Position numbers and translations under genes: made by a program. This document shows positions 37,924 to 50,514 of a stretch of DNA of 64,000 nt, piece by piece; positions within the stretch are counted from its first letter, which is position 1, and each line of letters begins with the position of its first letter. The notes below the pieces were generated by a model. It had not been told where the DNA came from, searched no databases, and saw nothing but the letters and a program-made list of their open reading frames with translations. The DNA comes from Azolla caroliniana. Taxonomy: Eukaryota > Plantae > Polypodiophyta. The DNA lies in assembly GCA_043228905.1 (NCBI GenBank), contig JBHGNT010000005.1, forward strand, positions 7,998,001 through 8,062,000. The letters are read 5' to 3'.

Positions 37924-38767
37924 CAAGGTTGTTAGGTACGTTAGGTACGGTACGGATACCATACATATATAACGTATTAATACGTGTATAGGACCTCCCA
38001 GTTAAAAAATATGTTAAATACGTTTTCTTAATATGTTAAATACTTATAAAATACGTAAGATACGTAAAATATGTATTTTACGTATAGTACGTTAAATACT
38101 TCTAGAATTTGAAAATTATTTACCTTTCTAAAAAAAATCTATAATATTGTAAAAACATCTACTTTTACACAATTTTGTGATGTATAGTATAGTTGTACAT
38201 CCTAAAATGCATATAAGACATTTAAACATTTCACATCCTAAAATACTTATAGTAATATGAATGTCAACATTCCCTTATTCTATAAATTAGTGTAAGTGTG
38301 TATCACGATGTTCTACTTCAAATTGTAATTATTTACAATTATGCCTTTATAGATTGAGGAATCGTCTATGATTATCACACTCATGATAGGTTTCTCTTTT
38401 CTTCGTCTTCTTCTTCTATCCTCTGCGATTATTACACTCAGAGTCAAGACAAGTTTATGTCTTCTTTTCTCTCTTCTTCTTCATCTTCTTCATCTTCTTC
38501 ATCATCGTCTCTTCTAATCTTCTTCCTTCCTTCCTTTGGCTTCTTTTTCACTAAAATCTTTTTTTTCTTTTGCTTTTTGTTGGGTTTTTACTTACATTTT
38601 CTTTATAAATACGTATTATACCTGTTTTTTAATAAATACGTTAAATACCGTATTGGACAAATGGACATGATATTTGATTGAACAACATTCAGGTATAGTA
38701 CGTACTATACAAATTATGAGGTACTATACGTATTTAAACGTTAAATACGGGTACGTAAACAACCATG
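37924..38767. mobile_element. Non-autonomous hAT element, copy 1 (~844 bp)
   Basis: TIRs CAAGGTTGTT / AACAACCATG; 8-bp TSD GTTTCAAC/GTGTCAAC; subterminal TACG repeats; interrupts gypsy A pol. Confidence 0.88.
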
Positions 38768-41200
38768 GTGTCAACATGGGTTGTCCTCTCCGAAGTCCGC
38801 GATGACTTCGTACATTTCCACGGAACTGACCGGAATTACTCAGTCTTCGTTCAGGCCTTCATTGGCTACCCTTCCGATCTCTTCAAGGGTGACGTCGAAA
38901 GATATCGCCTCCACGGCACCGCTGATCTCGTCGTCGGTGCTAAGGGCACTGCACGCCCTTAAACGCTCTTCGACCCTCTTCCTTTCCTGGTCTCTAACGC
39001 CGGTTATAGTACAAGCCCCGCTGTCGGAGAACCAAAATTTCCTAGGGTCTCCGGACTATCGCGGCCCCACGCCTTGATAGCCCTCTCTAAAAATCCTCTC
39101 GGCCATTGTTGTCGAGAGACTCGCGGTTACCCTCGTGGTTCGGTCACACCGTCAAAAATTGGACGGAGTGACGCCCATCTTGGCCCTTCACCCGTCCGTA
39201 CGCCGAACAGTTGTCCAACACTTTGGTCTCCATACAGACCGTCGTAATGTATGGTTCGCCGAGAATCACCAGGTGTGAGGAGGTCTCCTGCACGAAAAAC
39301 TGTTGATCAATCTAGATATTGCCAATTTTCATGCGTATGTTCGAGCACGCCCCATGTAGTTCCTCCGTAGCGTGCGTGGTCGCGCGTATTCTTCAGTCAT
39401 GCTTGGTATTGATCGGCCATTTACCCTTCTTGTAGAAATCCATGGACATTAGGTTGATTTCGGATCCATGGTCTATTAACGCCACCACTGGTTCCGGAAC
39501 GTTCCCGATCCGAACGAGAGTTTCTGTAGTTGCCCTTGCCCAGTGCGACTTCAAATAGTGGCTCTCCGCCACTTCATCTTCCACGACCGCGTCATCCAAG
39601 TGCATTGTTCATACCTCCACAGGCTTCTCCGGCTCTTTCTCCGTCGCAAGCCTCTTGCGCTTCACCAAGTCCACGATGGAGTCATGGAACTCCTTCTTGG
39701 CGATCCCTAGTACTTCCCTCAGAGTTAGCTCCACCCAATTTTCAAGGATCCGTTCTTCGAGGACTTTCCACAAGTCCATCGCTCTTTCTATTTTCGTGCC
39801 CAGCCCGTAACCTGCCGGCTTCGATCTTTCCGGTGCGCCGGACCCCCCGCGTCGTTCTTCTTTGGAACGCTCCGCGTCTTGTACCGATTGGTGGGTCCGG
39901 CTCCTCCGCCCTGCCCTGCTCGTTTATCCTCCACCAGAACCTTGTAATTTTAGCACACGGCTTCTACAAACCCGAACTTTTCTTCGATCGGATCATCCCA
40001 TCTGGTGACCTCTCAGATCCGCCTTTTCGCACGGTCCGCTTCCTCCTTCCTTAGCCTCATGCCGGTGAGACCTTCGAGCACCGACTGCCAGAACCCAGAA
40101 TCCTTTGCCTTCTGGCTTCCATCACCTCTAATGTTGAATAATGGACGGCCTCGGCATGTCGCGCCGCGGCTTCTTCCATTAACCGCTTCATCTCGCCCCG
40201 GCCGGTATTCAATTCCAGGGGTTCCAGGTCTCGCATGCATACACCCGCCCATTCCATAGGTACACCATGTTACTCCTAAGCGCCTCGCCGAAATCCGCAC
40301 ACTCTCTCCACACGTGGACGATCGTATCGCACCACATGCATCGTTGGTTGACCGGAGGCCTCCGGTCATCAACTGACCCCCACTAACCCTCCGGGCTTGC
40401 GTGATCTGGAGGTCGCGTACCATCTTAGTCGGTTCTTCAAGGGTTGTGCCCCCGGATGGCCCTTGACCGCATCGGTCGGAACCGTCCAGACTTGATCCAC
40501 CTTCGCGTCCCTTCCGTCCTAACCGGAATCAGCTCTTCTATCCTCCCGCCTGCGGCCGACGGACCCGCGCCACTCCACTCACGCCGTTTGTTGAAACAAC
40601 TACAGACCTGTTTTACCACGGCCCAATCAACCGTGAGCCATTCATCCATCTCCAGAGACCCACCTTCTCCCTGTCAAGCGCGTCCACCGATTTGATGAAG
40701 ACTAGGACCTAGCTCGTATCGAGCACAGTCTGATCCAATGCCGAAAGCCAAGCAAACCGTCTTTCGAACTCTTGGAGGAGCATCGACATGTTCCTCCCCT
40801 TTCTAGGACTCTCGACCCACTCCATGAACTCCCGCTTCGACATCCAAAGTAAGTCATCAAACCCGTACCTCTCGAGAAGCCACCCTTCGAACTCCTCCCA
40901 GTTTTGGCAACCAGCCTATACCTCGAGCACCTCTACGTGAATGCTCGGCAACACCACCCGAGGGAATCCGAACAATCGTCTGTCCTCTGGGATATCCCTC
41001 ATTATCATATCGGCCTGGTAGGCCTCAAGATAACTTGTCACGTTCTTCCCACAGAATCGTCCTACTATGCCGACGATTGTTTTGATGGCCCTATCAAGGG
41101 CACCTGTGCCCTCACGAGCGTTCACTAGCCGATCAACGGCTACTACCATGGCTTCAGCAAGCTCACTTCCCCTCATTCTTCAGACTCCTCTGCCTACCGT

Positions 41201-41218
41201 TTCACGTCGGGTTCACCA
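41201..41218 (-). promoter_or_regulatory. Primer binding site complementary to tRNA-Trp (gypsy A)
   Basis: TTCACGTCGGGTTCACCA equals the 3' end of plant tRNA-Trp(CCA); 5 bp from the LTR. Confidence 0.85.
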
Positions 41219-44063
41219 AATAATATCGTGTAACTACGCGTGTGTGTGCGAAGCTAGGCAGGACCACGGGGGCCTCAAACCGAAGAGTTCAAGAAGAAGA
41301 AGAATAAGATAGACACAGGGTACATAGGGCGTTAGGTGTCGAGATGCATAGAGCACAACTAGCTCGGCCAGGATCGAAGCAACACGTTGTCGTGAAGAAA
41401 ACTGGCCCTAAGAGGAATCAAGGAATTAAAGGGGTGAGACCGCCCTTGCACGAGTGTGCACGAATTGATACATTGTACATAACTAGGAATAGGACGACTG
41501 ATGTAAATATTCTAGGTATGACATATTTATTAGCTAGGAAATCGATGCGTATCTCTGTCCAAAGGGAAAGAGAATAAAGTTGATATGTTTTGATGTAACG
41601 ACCTCCTTGGTGACCTATAAAAGGGAGGAGAGAAGAAGAAGAAGGGATCGCGTTTTTGGCGAGGACGAGGTGCTGTCGGACTGGGTATCGAGCTCTCTCC
41701 TCCTCTATCTCTCCTCTCCACTCTGTTCTGCGTCGGTTGCCTCTGCTGCGTGTAAGCCCGCGTGCTTCCAGTAGAGGCTCCACCGTGTGTTCGCTATGTC
41801 ACGTGTCTGTGCCTGGGTTCTCTGGGTTGGGTCTGTTGCCAGCTTGCCGATTGTAATCTTGCATACATTGTAACCTTGCTAGTTATTGAATTAAACTTCT
41901 ATTTTCTCTCTCTTGTGTTCTCGTGAGTTCCCTCTACCTGGTCCGGTGAGCGTGTGTCAGGTTCGGAGACTATACGCGTTGACGTCTTATTTGGCCACTG
42001 ACACGGCCGGCAATGAGCAGGCCTAGCCGACAATACGCTCGTGTATCTCTCTCTCTCCCTTTTGATCTCTTAAACCCCTTGGTCCAAGACCCCCGCGGTC
42101 CCGCCTTAGCTTCTCCCGCATGAGCAGAACTACACGACATTAATCTAGTGAACCCGACGTGAAATAAGGCGGTAGAGGAGTTGGAGATGAGGGGATCGGA
42201 GCTTGCCGAAACCATGGCGGCAACGGTTGATTGGATAGTGAGCGCTCGCGAGGGTACAGGCGCCCTCGATAGGGCCATTGAAGCGATTGTCGGCACGATA
42301 GGCCAATTCAATGGTAAGAACGCCACGAGTTATTTGGAGGCCTACCGAGCCGAAATGGTGATGAGGGACATTCCAGAAGATAGGTGGTTGGCTAGTTTCC
42401 CTCGGGTGGCGACACCAGGCATTCACATAGAGGTGCTCGAGGTACAAGTTGGATGTTGGACCTGGGGAGAGTTTGAAGGTCGGATACTCGAGAAATACGG
42501 GCTCGATGACTCGCTTCGGCTATCGAAGCGAGAGTTCATGGAGTGGGTGGAGACCCCTGGAAAGGCGAGGAACACATCTGCGCTCCTCCAAGAATTTGAG
42601 GACCGGACTATGCTCGACACGAGCCGAGTCCTGTTGTTCGTCAAAGCTGTGGACGCGTTGGACCGGCAGAAAGTGGGTCTCCTATTGGAGACGGACGAAG
42701 GGCTCACAACAGACTGGACCGTGGTCAAACAAGTATGTAGTCATTTCGACAAACGGCGTGAATGGAGCAGCGAGGGATCAACAGCGGCAAGGCCGGTCCC
42801 GACAAGGGAGTTCGAGGAGTCGGCATCGGTAAGGAAAGATGAGACTCAAACTTGGCTGGACTCAAACCGTCCGACGAGGTCAAGGGTCTCTCCGGGGGAT
42901 CAGCTCTAGAAGAGTTGACACAAATGGTGCGGGATCTCCAGATCGCACAGGCCCGGAGAGGCAGCGGCGAATAGCCTTGTGACCGAAGGCCGCTTGCAGG
43001 GCAACGATGCATGTGGTGTGACGCGGTTGGTCACATTCGGAAGGAGTGCGCGGATTTTGCAGAAGCACTCAGGACTAACACGGTTTACCTCTAGAATGGG
43101 CGGGTACATGCGAGTGAGACTTGGAGAGCCTTCGAGTTGAATACCGGGCGCGATGGAATGAAGCAGTTGATGCAGGAGGCCGCAGCGCGACACGCAGAGG
43201 CCGTCCACTACTTTCCATCGGCAAGTATCCGGGTCGGGGGTGATGAGGGTCAGAAGACGAAAGACTCCAGATTGTGGCCGCTAGTGCTAGAAGGCCTCTC
43301 CTGGGTTCGGCCGAGGAAAGAGGAAGCGGACCGAGTGGAGCAGCGGATTCGGGAGGTCACCGGATGGGACGATCCGGTTGAAGAAAAGACCGGCATCGTG
43401 GAAGCCGCGTGCCAGAACTACGAGGTTCTGGTAGAAGACAAGCCCGCGAGAAAGGTTGGAGGGGCCGGTCCCTCACAACGGTACGAGACCCGGTTCGAAC
43501 CGAAGCCAGATGATGCCACCAACACCGGCACGCAAGATAGAAAGAAGCAGGCCGGTTTCCAGCTGAGCACCGAGATCGAGCGAACGACGGACCTTCGAAA
43601 GGTCCTTGAGGAACGGATCGTCGACAGCAAGGTGGAGATGTCGTTACGAGAGGTACTCGGGATTGCCAAGAAGGAGTTCCACGACTCCATTGTAGACTTG
43701 GTAAAGCGTAAGCGGCTCTCGACGGAGCCGGAGCCGGAGAAGCCTGTGGAGGTGCGGACGACACGCCTAGAAGACACGGCCCTAGAGGACGAGTTGGCGG
43801 ACAGCCACTATTCGAAGTTGCATTGGGCCAGAGCCACTACGGAGACCCTTGTTCGGATCGGGGATGTTCCGGAGCCAGTGGTGGCATTGATAGACCATGA
43901 ATCCGAAGTCAACCTGATGTCCATGGATTTCTATAAGAAAAGGAAATGGCCGATCAACACCAAGTACGGGTGGAAGATACGTGCGGCGACGCACGCTACG
44001 GAGGAGCTGCATGGTGCATGCCCGAATGTTCACGTAAAGATCGGCAACGTCAAGATAGAATCT

Positions 44064-44891
44064 CATGGTTGTTTACGTACCCGTATTTAACGTTTAAATA
44101 CATATAGTACCTCATCATTTGTATAGTACGTACTATACCTCAATGTTGTTCAGTCAAATATCATGTACATTTGTCCAATACGGTAATCAACGTATTTATA
44201 AAAAAACTGGTATAATACGTATTTATAAAGAAAATGTAAGTAAAACCCCAACAAAAAGCAAAAGAAAGAAAAGATTTTAGTGAAAAAGAAGCCAAAGGAA
44301 GGAAGAAAGAAGAATACAAGAGACGACGATGAAGAAGATGAAGAAGAAGAAGAGAGAAAAGAAGACATAAACTTGTCCTGACTTTGAGTGTGATAATCGA
44401 AGAAGAGAGAAGAAAAAGAAGAAGAAAACGAAGAAAAGAGAAACCTATCATGAGTGTGATAATCGTAGATGATTCCTCAATCTATGAAGGCATAATTGTA
44501 AATAATTACAATTTGAAGTAGAACATCGTGATACACACTTACACTAAACTAGAATAAGGGAATGTCGACATCCATATTACTACAAGTATTTTAGGATGTG
44601 AAATGTTCAAATGTCTTATATGCATTTTAGGATGTAGAACTATATTGTACATCACAAAATTGTGTAAACATAGATATTTTTTACAATATTATAGATATTT
44701 TTTAGAAAGGTAAATCATTTTCAAATTCTAGAAGTATTTAACATACTATACGTAAAATACGTATTTTATAAGTATTTAACATATTAAGAAAACGTATTTA
44801 ACGTATTTTTAAATTGGGAGGTACTATACGGGTATTAATACGTTAAATACGTATGGTATCCATACCGTACCTAACGTACCTAACAACCTTG
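44064..44891. mobile_element. Non-autonomous hAT element, copy 2 (~828 bp), inverted relative to copy 1
   Basis: TIRs CATGGTTGTT / AACAACCTTG; close reverse-complement match to 37924-38767; target AGATAGA duplicated with extra ATCT on the left. Confidence 0.88.
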
Positions 44892-45108
44892 AGATAGATC
44901 AACACTTCTTTGTGCAGGAGACATCCTCGCACCTGGTGATACTTGGCGAACCGTACATTACGGCGGCACGCATGGAAACGAAGGTGCTTGACAACAGTTC
45001 GGCATATGCACTCGTGAAGAGCCAGGACAGGTAGCGCTCCGTTCAATTTCTGACAGTGAGGCCGAATCATGAGCGTAACCGCGAGACCCTAGGCAGTGAT
45101 AGCCGAGG

Positions 45109-45152
45109 GGATTTTTAGAGAGGGCTATCAAGGCGTGGGGCCGCGGTAGTCC
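45109..45152 (+). promoter_or_regulatory. Putative -1 ribosomal frameshift signal (G GAU UUU UAG plus hairpin) of gypsy B
   Basis: The protease frame ends GAT TTT TAG (45110-45118); the -1 frame is open into RT. Hairpin GGGCTATC..GGTAGTCC follows. The same cassette occurs in gypsy A (~39053-39096, minus). Confidence 0.7.
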
Positions 45153-48100
45153 GGACACCCCGGGGAAACCCCACACATGTACCATAGATAGGAAAGTTTG
45201 GTTCTCCGATAACGGAGGTTGTACTATAGCCGGCATCAGCGGCCGGGAAAAGAAGCGGGCGAAGGAAAGATTCAGGGCGTGCGGTGTCCTCGGCCCTGGC
45301 GAAGAGATTAGTGGCGCCATGGAGCCGCTCTCCTTCGATGACACCCTGGGGGAATTACGCGGTGTGGTCGAAGAAGGCCTTAGTGAAGACCGCACGATTC
45401 CGGTTAGCTTAGTGGAGATGTATGAAGTCATTGCTGACTTCGGAGAAAGGGTTGAGTCGGACCGAACGACTCGCATGGATACAAGGTACAAGACTGTGGA
45501 CCGAAAGGTGAGGCCAGTCGCGGCTCCCTTGCCGGAGGGCAGCAAGGAGCCGTCAGGTGCCCCATTTTCTAATCGGTGGTTCACCGTGCCGAAAAAGAAC
45601 GGCACGCTACACTTCATACAGGACCTATAGCCGGTCAACAAGGTGACCATTCGAAACGCAGGTATCGGACCAACAATCGACGAGTTTGCAGAGGCCTTCG
45701 CCAGAAGGTCAATCTATTCGGTCGGTGATCTATATTCAGGGTATGACCAGTTCCAACTAACCGTAGAGAGCAGGGATATCACGACGATGCGGACTCCTCT
45801 CGGCCTAGTACGGATGTGCACCCTGCCGCAGGGAGGGACCAACTCGGTGGCGCACATGGTGAATGCGATGAAGAAGGTACTAAGGGACTGCGTCCCAAAC
45901 ATCACCATGACATTCTTGGACGACATCCCGATCAAGGATTGTCCGGTAGGGAATACGGACGAATCGGTCGGGTCGGACGGATGCTGGAAATTTGTCGTGG
46001 ACCACATCAATGACTACGAGAAGGCTCACCCTCTCCGGAGAGAAGTCAGCTTTTGGATAGTCGGAGATCCTGGTTGTCGGGCACTTGTGTGGGCCTTACG
46101 GCCGGAAACCGTCTCCCGCAAAGGTGGAGGCCATCTCTACAATGAAGGATAATTGTGGATCGGTTACGGAGGTCCGGAGGTTCTTGGGGGCATGTGCGTT
46201 CTATCACATCTGGATTCCGCACTACGCACATGTCGCGGATCCACTCTACGGGCTGCTGAGAAAGGGGCGTAAGTTCGAATGGGACAAGGAGCATACGGAG
46301 TCGATCCGAAGACTAAAGGAGGCGCTTACTGTAGCACCGGCTCTCTGGAAAGTGATTTACAGCAAGGAGGTACCAATCTACGTAATTATAGATACGAGTC
46401 CGACCAGGATAGGATGGGTGATCAATCAAGAGGACGAGATCGGCACGCGGTTCCTGATCCGATTCGGGGCGATGGTTCTCAATGAGAGACAGCGAGGATA
46501 CGCCCAAGTTAAGCGCAAACTATGGGGTATCATTTCGGCAGTCAAGACCGATAAGGACTACTTGATCGGGACAGAAGTAATCATCGAGACGGACTGCTTG
46601 CCGATCCTCGGTATGGTTTCCGGATGCGTGACTCCGGATCTGGCAATGCTCAGGTGGATTGCGTACATTAAGTCCTTGGACCCGGAGATACGACACATCT
46701 CCGGAAAGGACAACACCATCACCGATATGCTTTCTAGAGTGTGTTTTAACGATGAGAACGACATGGTTTTGGAGGACGAAGAAGTCGGCGTAGACTTCTT
46801 CAAGTCGGCTCGCGTAGCGACAAGGGCAGGGAGCACTCCGGTGCTTAACGAGTTCAACGAGAGCGAGTACAATGGGGAGTGGCTCCAGATTGGAAGGTCC
46901 CTGAGGACAATGACGCCAGACGAGACATGGACCAAAGAGGAGGCTAACCGAATCTGAAAGAAAGTGTACCGCTTCTTCCTACAAGACGGAAGTATATGGA
47001 AGCTCCCAAAGAAGCGAGGCGACGTTCCACTCCGCATAGTGGCAGGAAAGGACGAGCAGGACAAGTTGTTAACGGCGTACCACGAGAGTCCTTGGGTCGG
47101 ACACCGCGGGACATGGGCCACGTTTGAGAAACTGAAAGAGAAATATTATTGGCCGGGGTTGTATCGGGATGTGTACCAATTCGTGACGATGTGCGAAAGC
47201 TGTCAACTGCACTCCACAGTTCGACATCGAGATGAGCTACACCCGACCTACCCGCCAACCGTCCATTTCAAGTGGGTGGTAGACTTAGTGACGATGTTGA
47301 TGGGGGTAGGGCAGATGTGGTACCTGGTGCTTGCGCGGGAGGATTTGATGAACCAGGTGGAGGGCCGCACACTGCAGAACAAGATGACTGCGGCAGTGTG
47401 CCGGTACGGGTGCGTAGGGAAGATCATGGTGGACCGAGGAGAGTTGAACACGCAAGAAGTTGAGGAGTTGTTCGATCGGCTAGGGATCAAGCTCTCCTTG
47501 ACCATGGCATACAATCCGAAGGCCAACGGGAAGGTAGAACGCGGGCATGGGCCGATCGTGAAGGCGTTGGTACGCACGTGCGATGGACAAGTCGGGAATT
47601 GGCCGTGGCTCCTTCCTTACGCGTTGTGGGCGGACCGGACTACACATAGTTCAGTAACAGGGTTCATGTCAGCGGAGCTAATGTACGGGCAGAAGCCTAT
47701 CATGCCGGTGAACCGGACGATTTCCTCTTGGGCGGTGATAGATTGGAGAGACGAGAGGAGCCGAGAGGAGCTGTTGGCGGTGCGGATTCGACAGCTTGAG
47801 CGAAGACCGGAGGACATGGAGCGTGCAAAGGCAAAGCTACATGAGGCGAGGAAGAAGAATAAAGGCCGGTTCGACCAGATGCACCGGTTGCGGCCAAAGA
47901 AGATCGAGGAAGGCGACTGGGTGTTGGTGTACGACAGCAGCCTCGACAACCAGCACAAGGCAACACGCAAATTCACGAGGAGGTGGTTCGGGCTCTACGC
48001 CGTAACAAGCACGAATGACAACAGGACGTAACATATTGCGGAGCTCCACGGGACGCAATTAACAGTGCCGAAAGCCAAGAAGCGAATCAAGGCGTTCAAG

Positions 48101-50036
48101 AAGCGGCATGAGGACGAGCCGGACCCGGGAAGCGTGACCGACGACGACGACCGGTTTGGAGCAGACGAGGATTCGAGAAGTGACAGATGATTACGGGCTG
48201 GTCTTCTCTGGCGATTGTTACTGTCTGGTGCATACCAGTGGATGCGCGGTTTGGTGGGGTGGATGTCGTGAAGAAAACCGGCCCTAAGAGGAATCAAGGA
48301 ATTAAAGGCGTGAACCCGCCCTTGCACGAGTGTGCACGAATTGATACATTGTACATAGCTAGGAATAGGACAGTTGATGTAAATATACTCGGTATGACAT
48401 ATTTATTAGCTAGGAAATCGATGTGTATCTCTATCCGAAGGGACAGAGAATAAAGTTGATATATTTTGATGTAACGGCCTCCTCGGCGACCTATAAAAGG
48501 GAGGAGAGAAGAAGAAGAAGGGATCGCATTTTTGGCGAGGACGAGGTGTTGTCGAACTGGGTATCGAGCTCTCTCCTCCTCTATCGCTCCTCTCCACTCT
48601 GTTCTGCGTCGGTTGCCTCTGCTGCGTGTAAGCCCGCGTGCTTCCAGTAGAGGCTCCACCGTGCGTTCTCTGTGTCGCGTGTGCGTGCGTGGGTTCTCTA
48701 GGTTGGGTCTGTTGCCGGCTTGCCGATTGCAATCTTGCATACATTGTAACCTTGCTAGTTATTGAATTAAACTTCTATTTTCTCTCTCTTGTGTTCTCGT
48801 GAGTTCCCTCTACCTGGTCCAGTGAGCGTGTATCAGGTTCGGAGACTATACGCGTTCAGGTCTTATTTGGCCAGTGACACTGTCAGCAACAAGCAAGCCT
48901 AGCCGGCGATACGCTTGCGTATCTCTCTCTCTCCCTTTTGATCTCTTAAACCCCTCGGTCCAAGACCCCCACGATCCCGCCTTTGCTTCTCCCGCGTGAG
49001 CGGAACTACACGACAAGGCTAGATGATCAACAAGAAACGCATACCAACATTTCAATTAGGAGGTAGAAAAGTTACAACCGGCTCGGCCGGTAGCCGAGCT
49101 ACGATCTCAGCGAGCAACCCACGCACACCAATTACCGAAGTACAACGTGGAGCCGCTACCGGGAGCACACAGGCTTCCTACGCGAGCAGAGGCATCCGAC
49201 CTAAGAGGAAACAAACAAAAAAAAGCAGAGAATACAAAGAATAGGCGCTCGGTTCCCAGTCTGACAACACTTTGTTCTCCCTAAACGCATGATCCCTAAC
49301 TCAGTCCTCTCTACCTCCTTTTATAGACCAAGGAGGGAGAGGGTTGTTACATCAAGTAATTAATCTCTGCCGTCCCCGACAGAGATTCGCCTAGATTTAT
49401 TCCCTTATTTAATTTGCCCTATTAAAGTTTTATACATCACGCCGACCTAGCCTAGTCCAATGTTATTTACAAGTACACAATTTATTTTCACGAGCATCCG
49501 TGCACGCGCCCATTCACACCTCTCTGGTCCCTTTTCTCCTTGTGGCCGGAATTCCCCATGACAGCGCGTACACACACACATACACACATAGAGGTGACCC
49601 TCTAGTCAGGAGCACACAGGGTTCCTATGTGAGCAGAGACCTCACTTTCCCTAGCCGAATGCATAGAGCAGAAAACCGAAAGCTCAGAGCACAACCCGAC
49701 AACATCTTCCCTTCCCAAAATGATGGATACCTAAATCAGACTCCCTCGCCTCCTTTTATAGTTCCAAGGAGGAGGAGGGTCGATGTTACATCAACTGTTA
49801 AGACAACCATTTTCGTCAAGGATCCCCTCCCCCGATTTTCCGGTATCACACACTTTTATTCTCCCCTTTTCGAGGGATCATAAAGTACCTAACAAATATA
49901 TGATGTCTCGTACTTATTAATACCCCTCTTTATTTACATTTCTTTATACAAAGAGCCACTCACGTACAAATGTGCACATCCCTGTTCACACGCATCCAAC
50001 GAGCTTTTCTTCTAGTAGCCGGAATCTTGCACGACA

Positions 50037-50514
50037 ACGTCTTAATACTATAATGCCTACAATTATTCACCCAACTCAAATAGGGTTCATTTGAGAAAGA
50101 AACATCTTGGATAATATTTATACATTTTGGGAATTTGCTCCATTGGCAACCAACTCCAAACAAAAGTGAGCCAATTGTTATGTTTGATTTTGAGAAATCT
50201 TATGTCCGTGTTGATTGGGATTTTTTGCAAGATGTATTGGCTCGTTTTGTTTTTTCTCAAGAATGCGTAATAGGTATATCATTATTATATATTTCAGCTC
50301 AAAGTTGAGTCTTATTGGTTGGGAATTATGGCCCACTTTTCCTATTCCTCAATCAGTCCAACAAGGTTGTCCTTTGGCTCCTTTCCTATTTCTATTTTTT
50401 GTTGAGGGCAATGGTTTCTTTTTTGAATGCTAACAACATTGGTGTATGTGGACTCTGCATCCCATTCTCAAATGTAGAATTAAGAGAAGTTGAATTTGCG
50501 AGTGACACTGCCCT
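50037..50514 (+). mobile_element. L1-like LINE ORF2, fragment 2 (RT core)
   Basis: RLNTIMPTIIHPTQIGFI*ERNILDNI..FDFEKSYVRVDW..SVQQGCPLAPFLFL..EFASDTAL (degenerate YADD). Confidence 0.85.

Larger units (their letters stand above)
41388..49015 (+). mobile_element. Ty3/gypsy element B inserted in the 5' LTR of gypsy A
   Basis: 752-bp LTRs at 41388-42139 and 48264-49015 (TGTCGTG..CACGACA); tRNA-Trp PBS 42146-42163. gag with CMWCDAVGHIRKEC knuckle, protease, RT (LPQG..FLDD), RNase H, integrase (YHESPWVGH..C..C; ANGKVER). Stops, frameshifts and a deletion at ~45548. Confidence 0.95.
22979..49563 (-). mobile_element. Ty3/gypsy element A (decayed; host to several nested insertions)
   Basis: 3' LTR 22979-~23681; 5' LTR split into 41224-41387 and 49016-49563. 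tRNA-Trp PBS TGGTGAACCCGACGTGAA at 41201-41218. gag from 41176, protease ALIDHGSEINLM ~39480, RT start 37460-37920, integrase 23760-24930 and 35020-35340. Confidence 0.9.
22572..50036 (-). mobile_element. Gypsy-type solo LTR (~880 bp: 22572-22978 plus 49564-50036) inserted in the LINE and split by gypsy A
   Basis: Ends TATCGCGG (decayed TGTCG) and GCACGACA; 4-bp TSD ACGT at 22568-22571 and 50037-50040; the CA-rich tract continues across the nested insertion. Confidence 0.75.

Noticed and set aside
38457-38681. Ser/Phe-rich small ORF (also 44150-44451, 4461-4676)
   Set aside because: Low-complexity CTT/T tracts within hAT elements.
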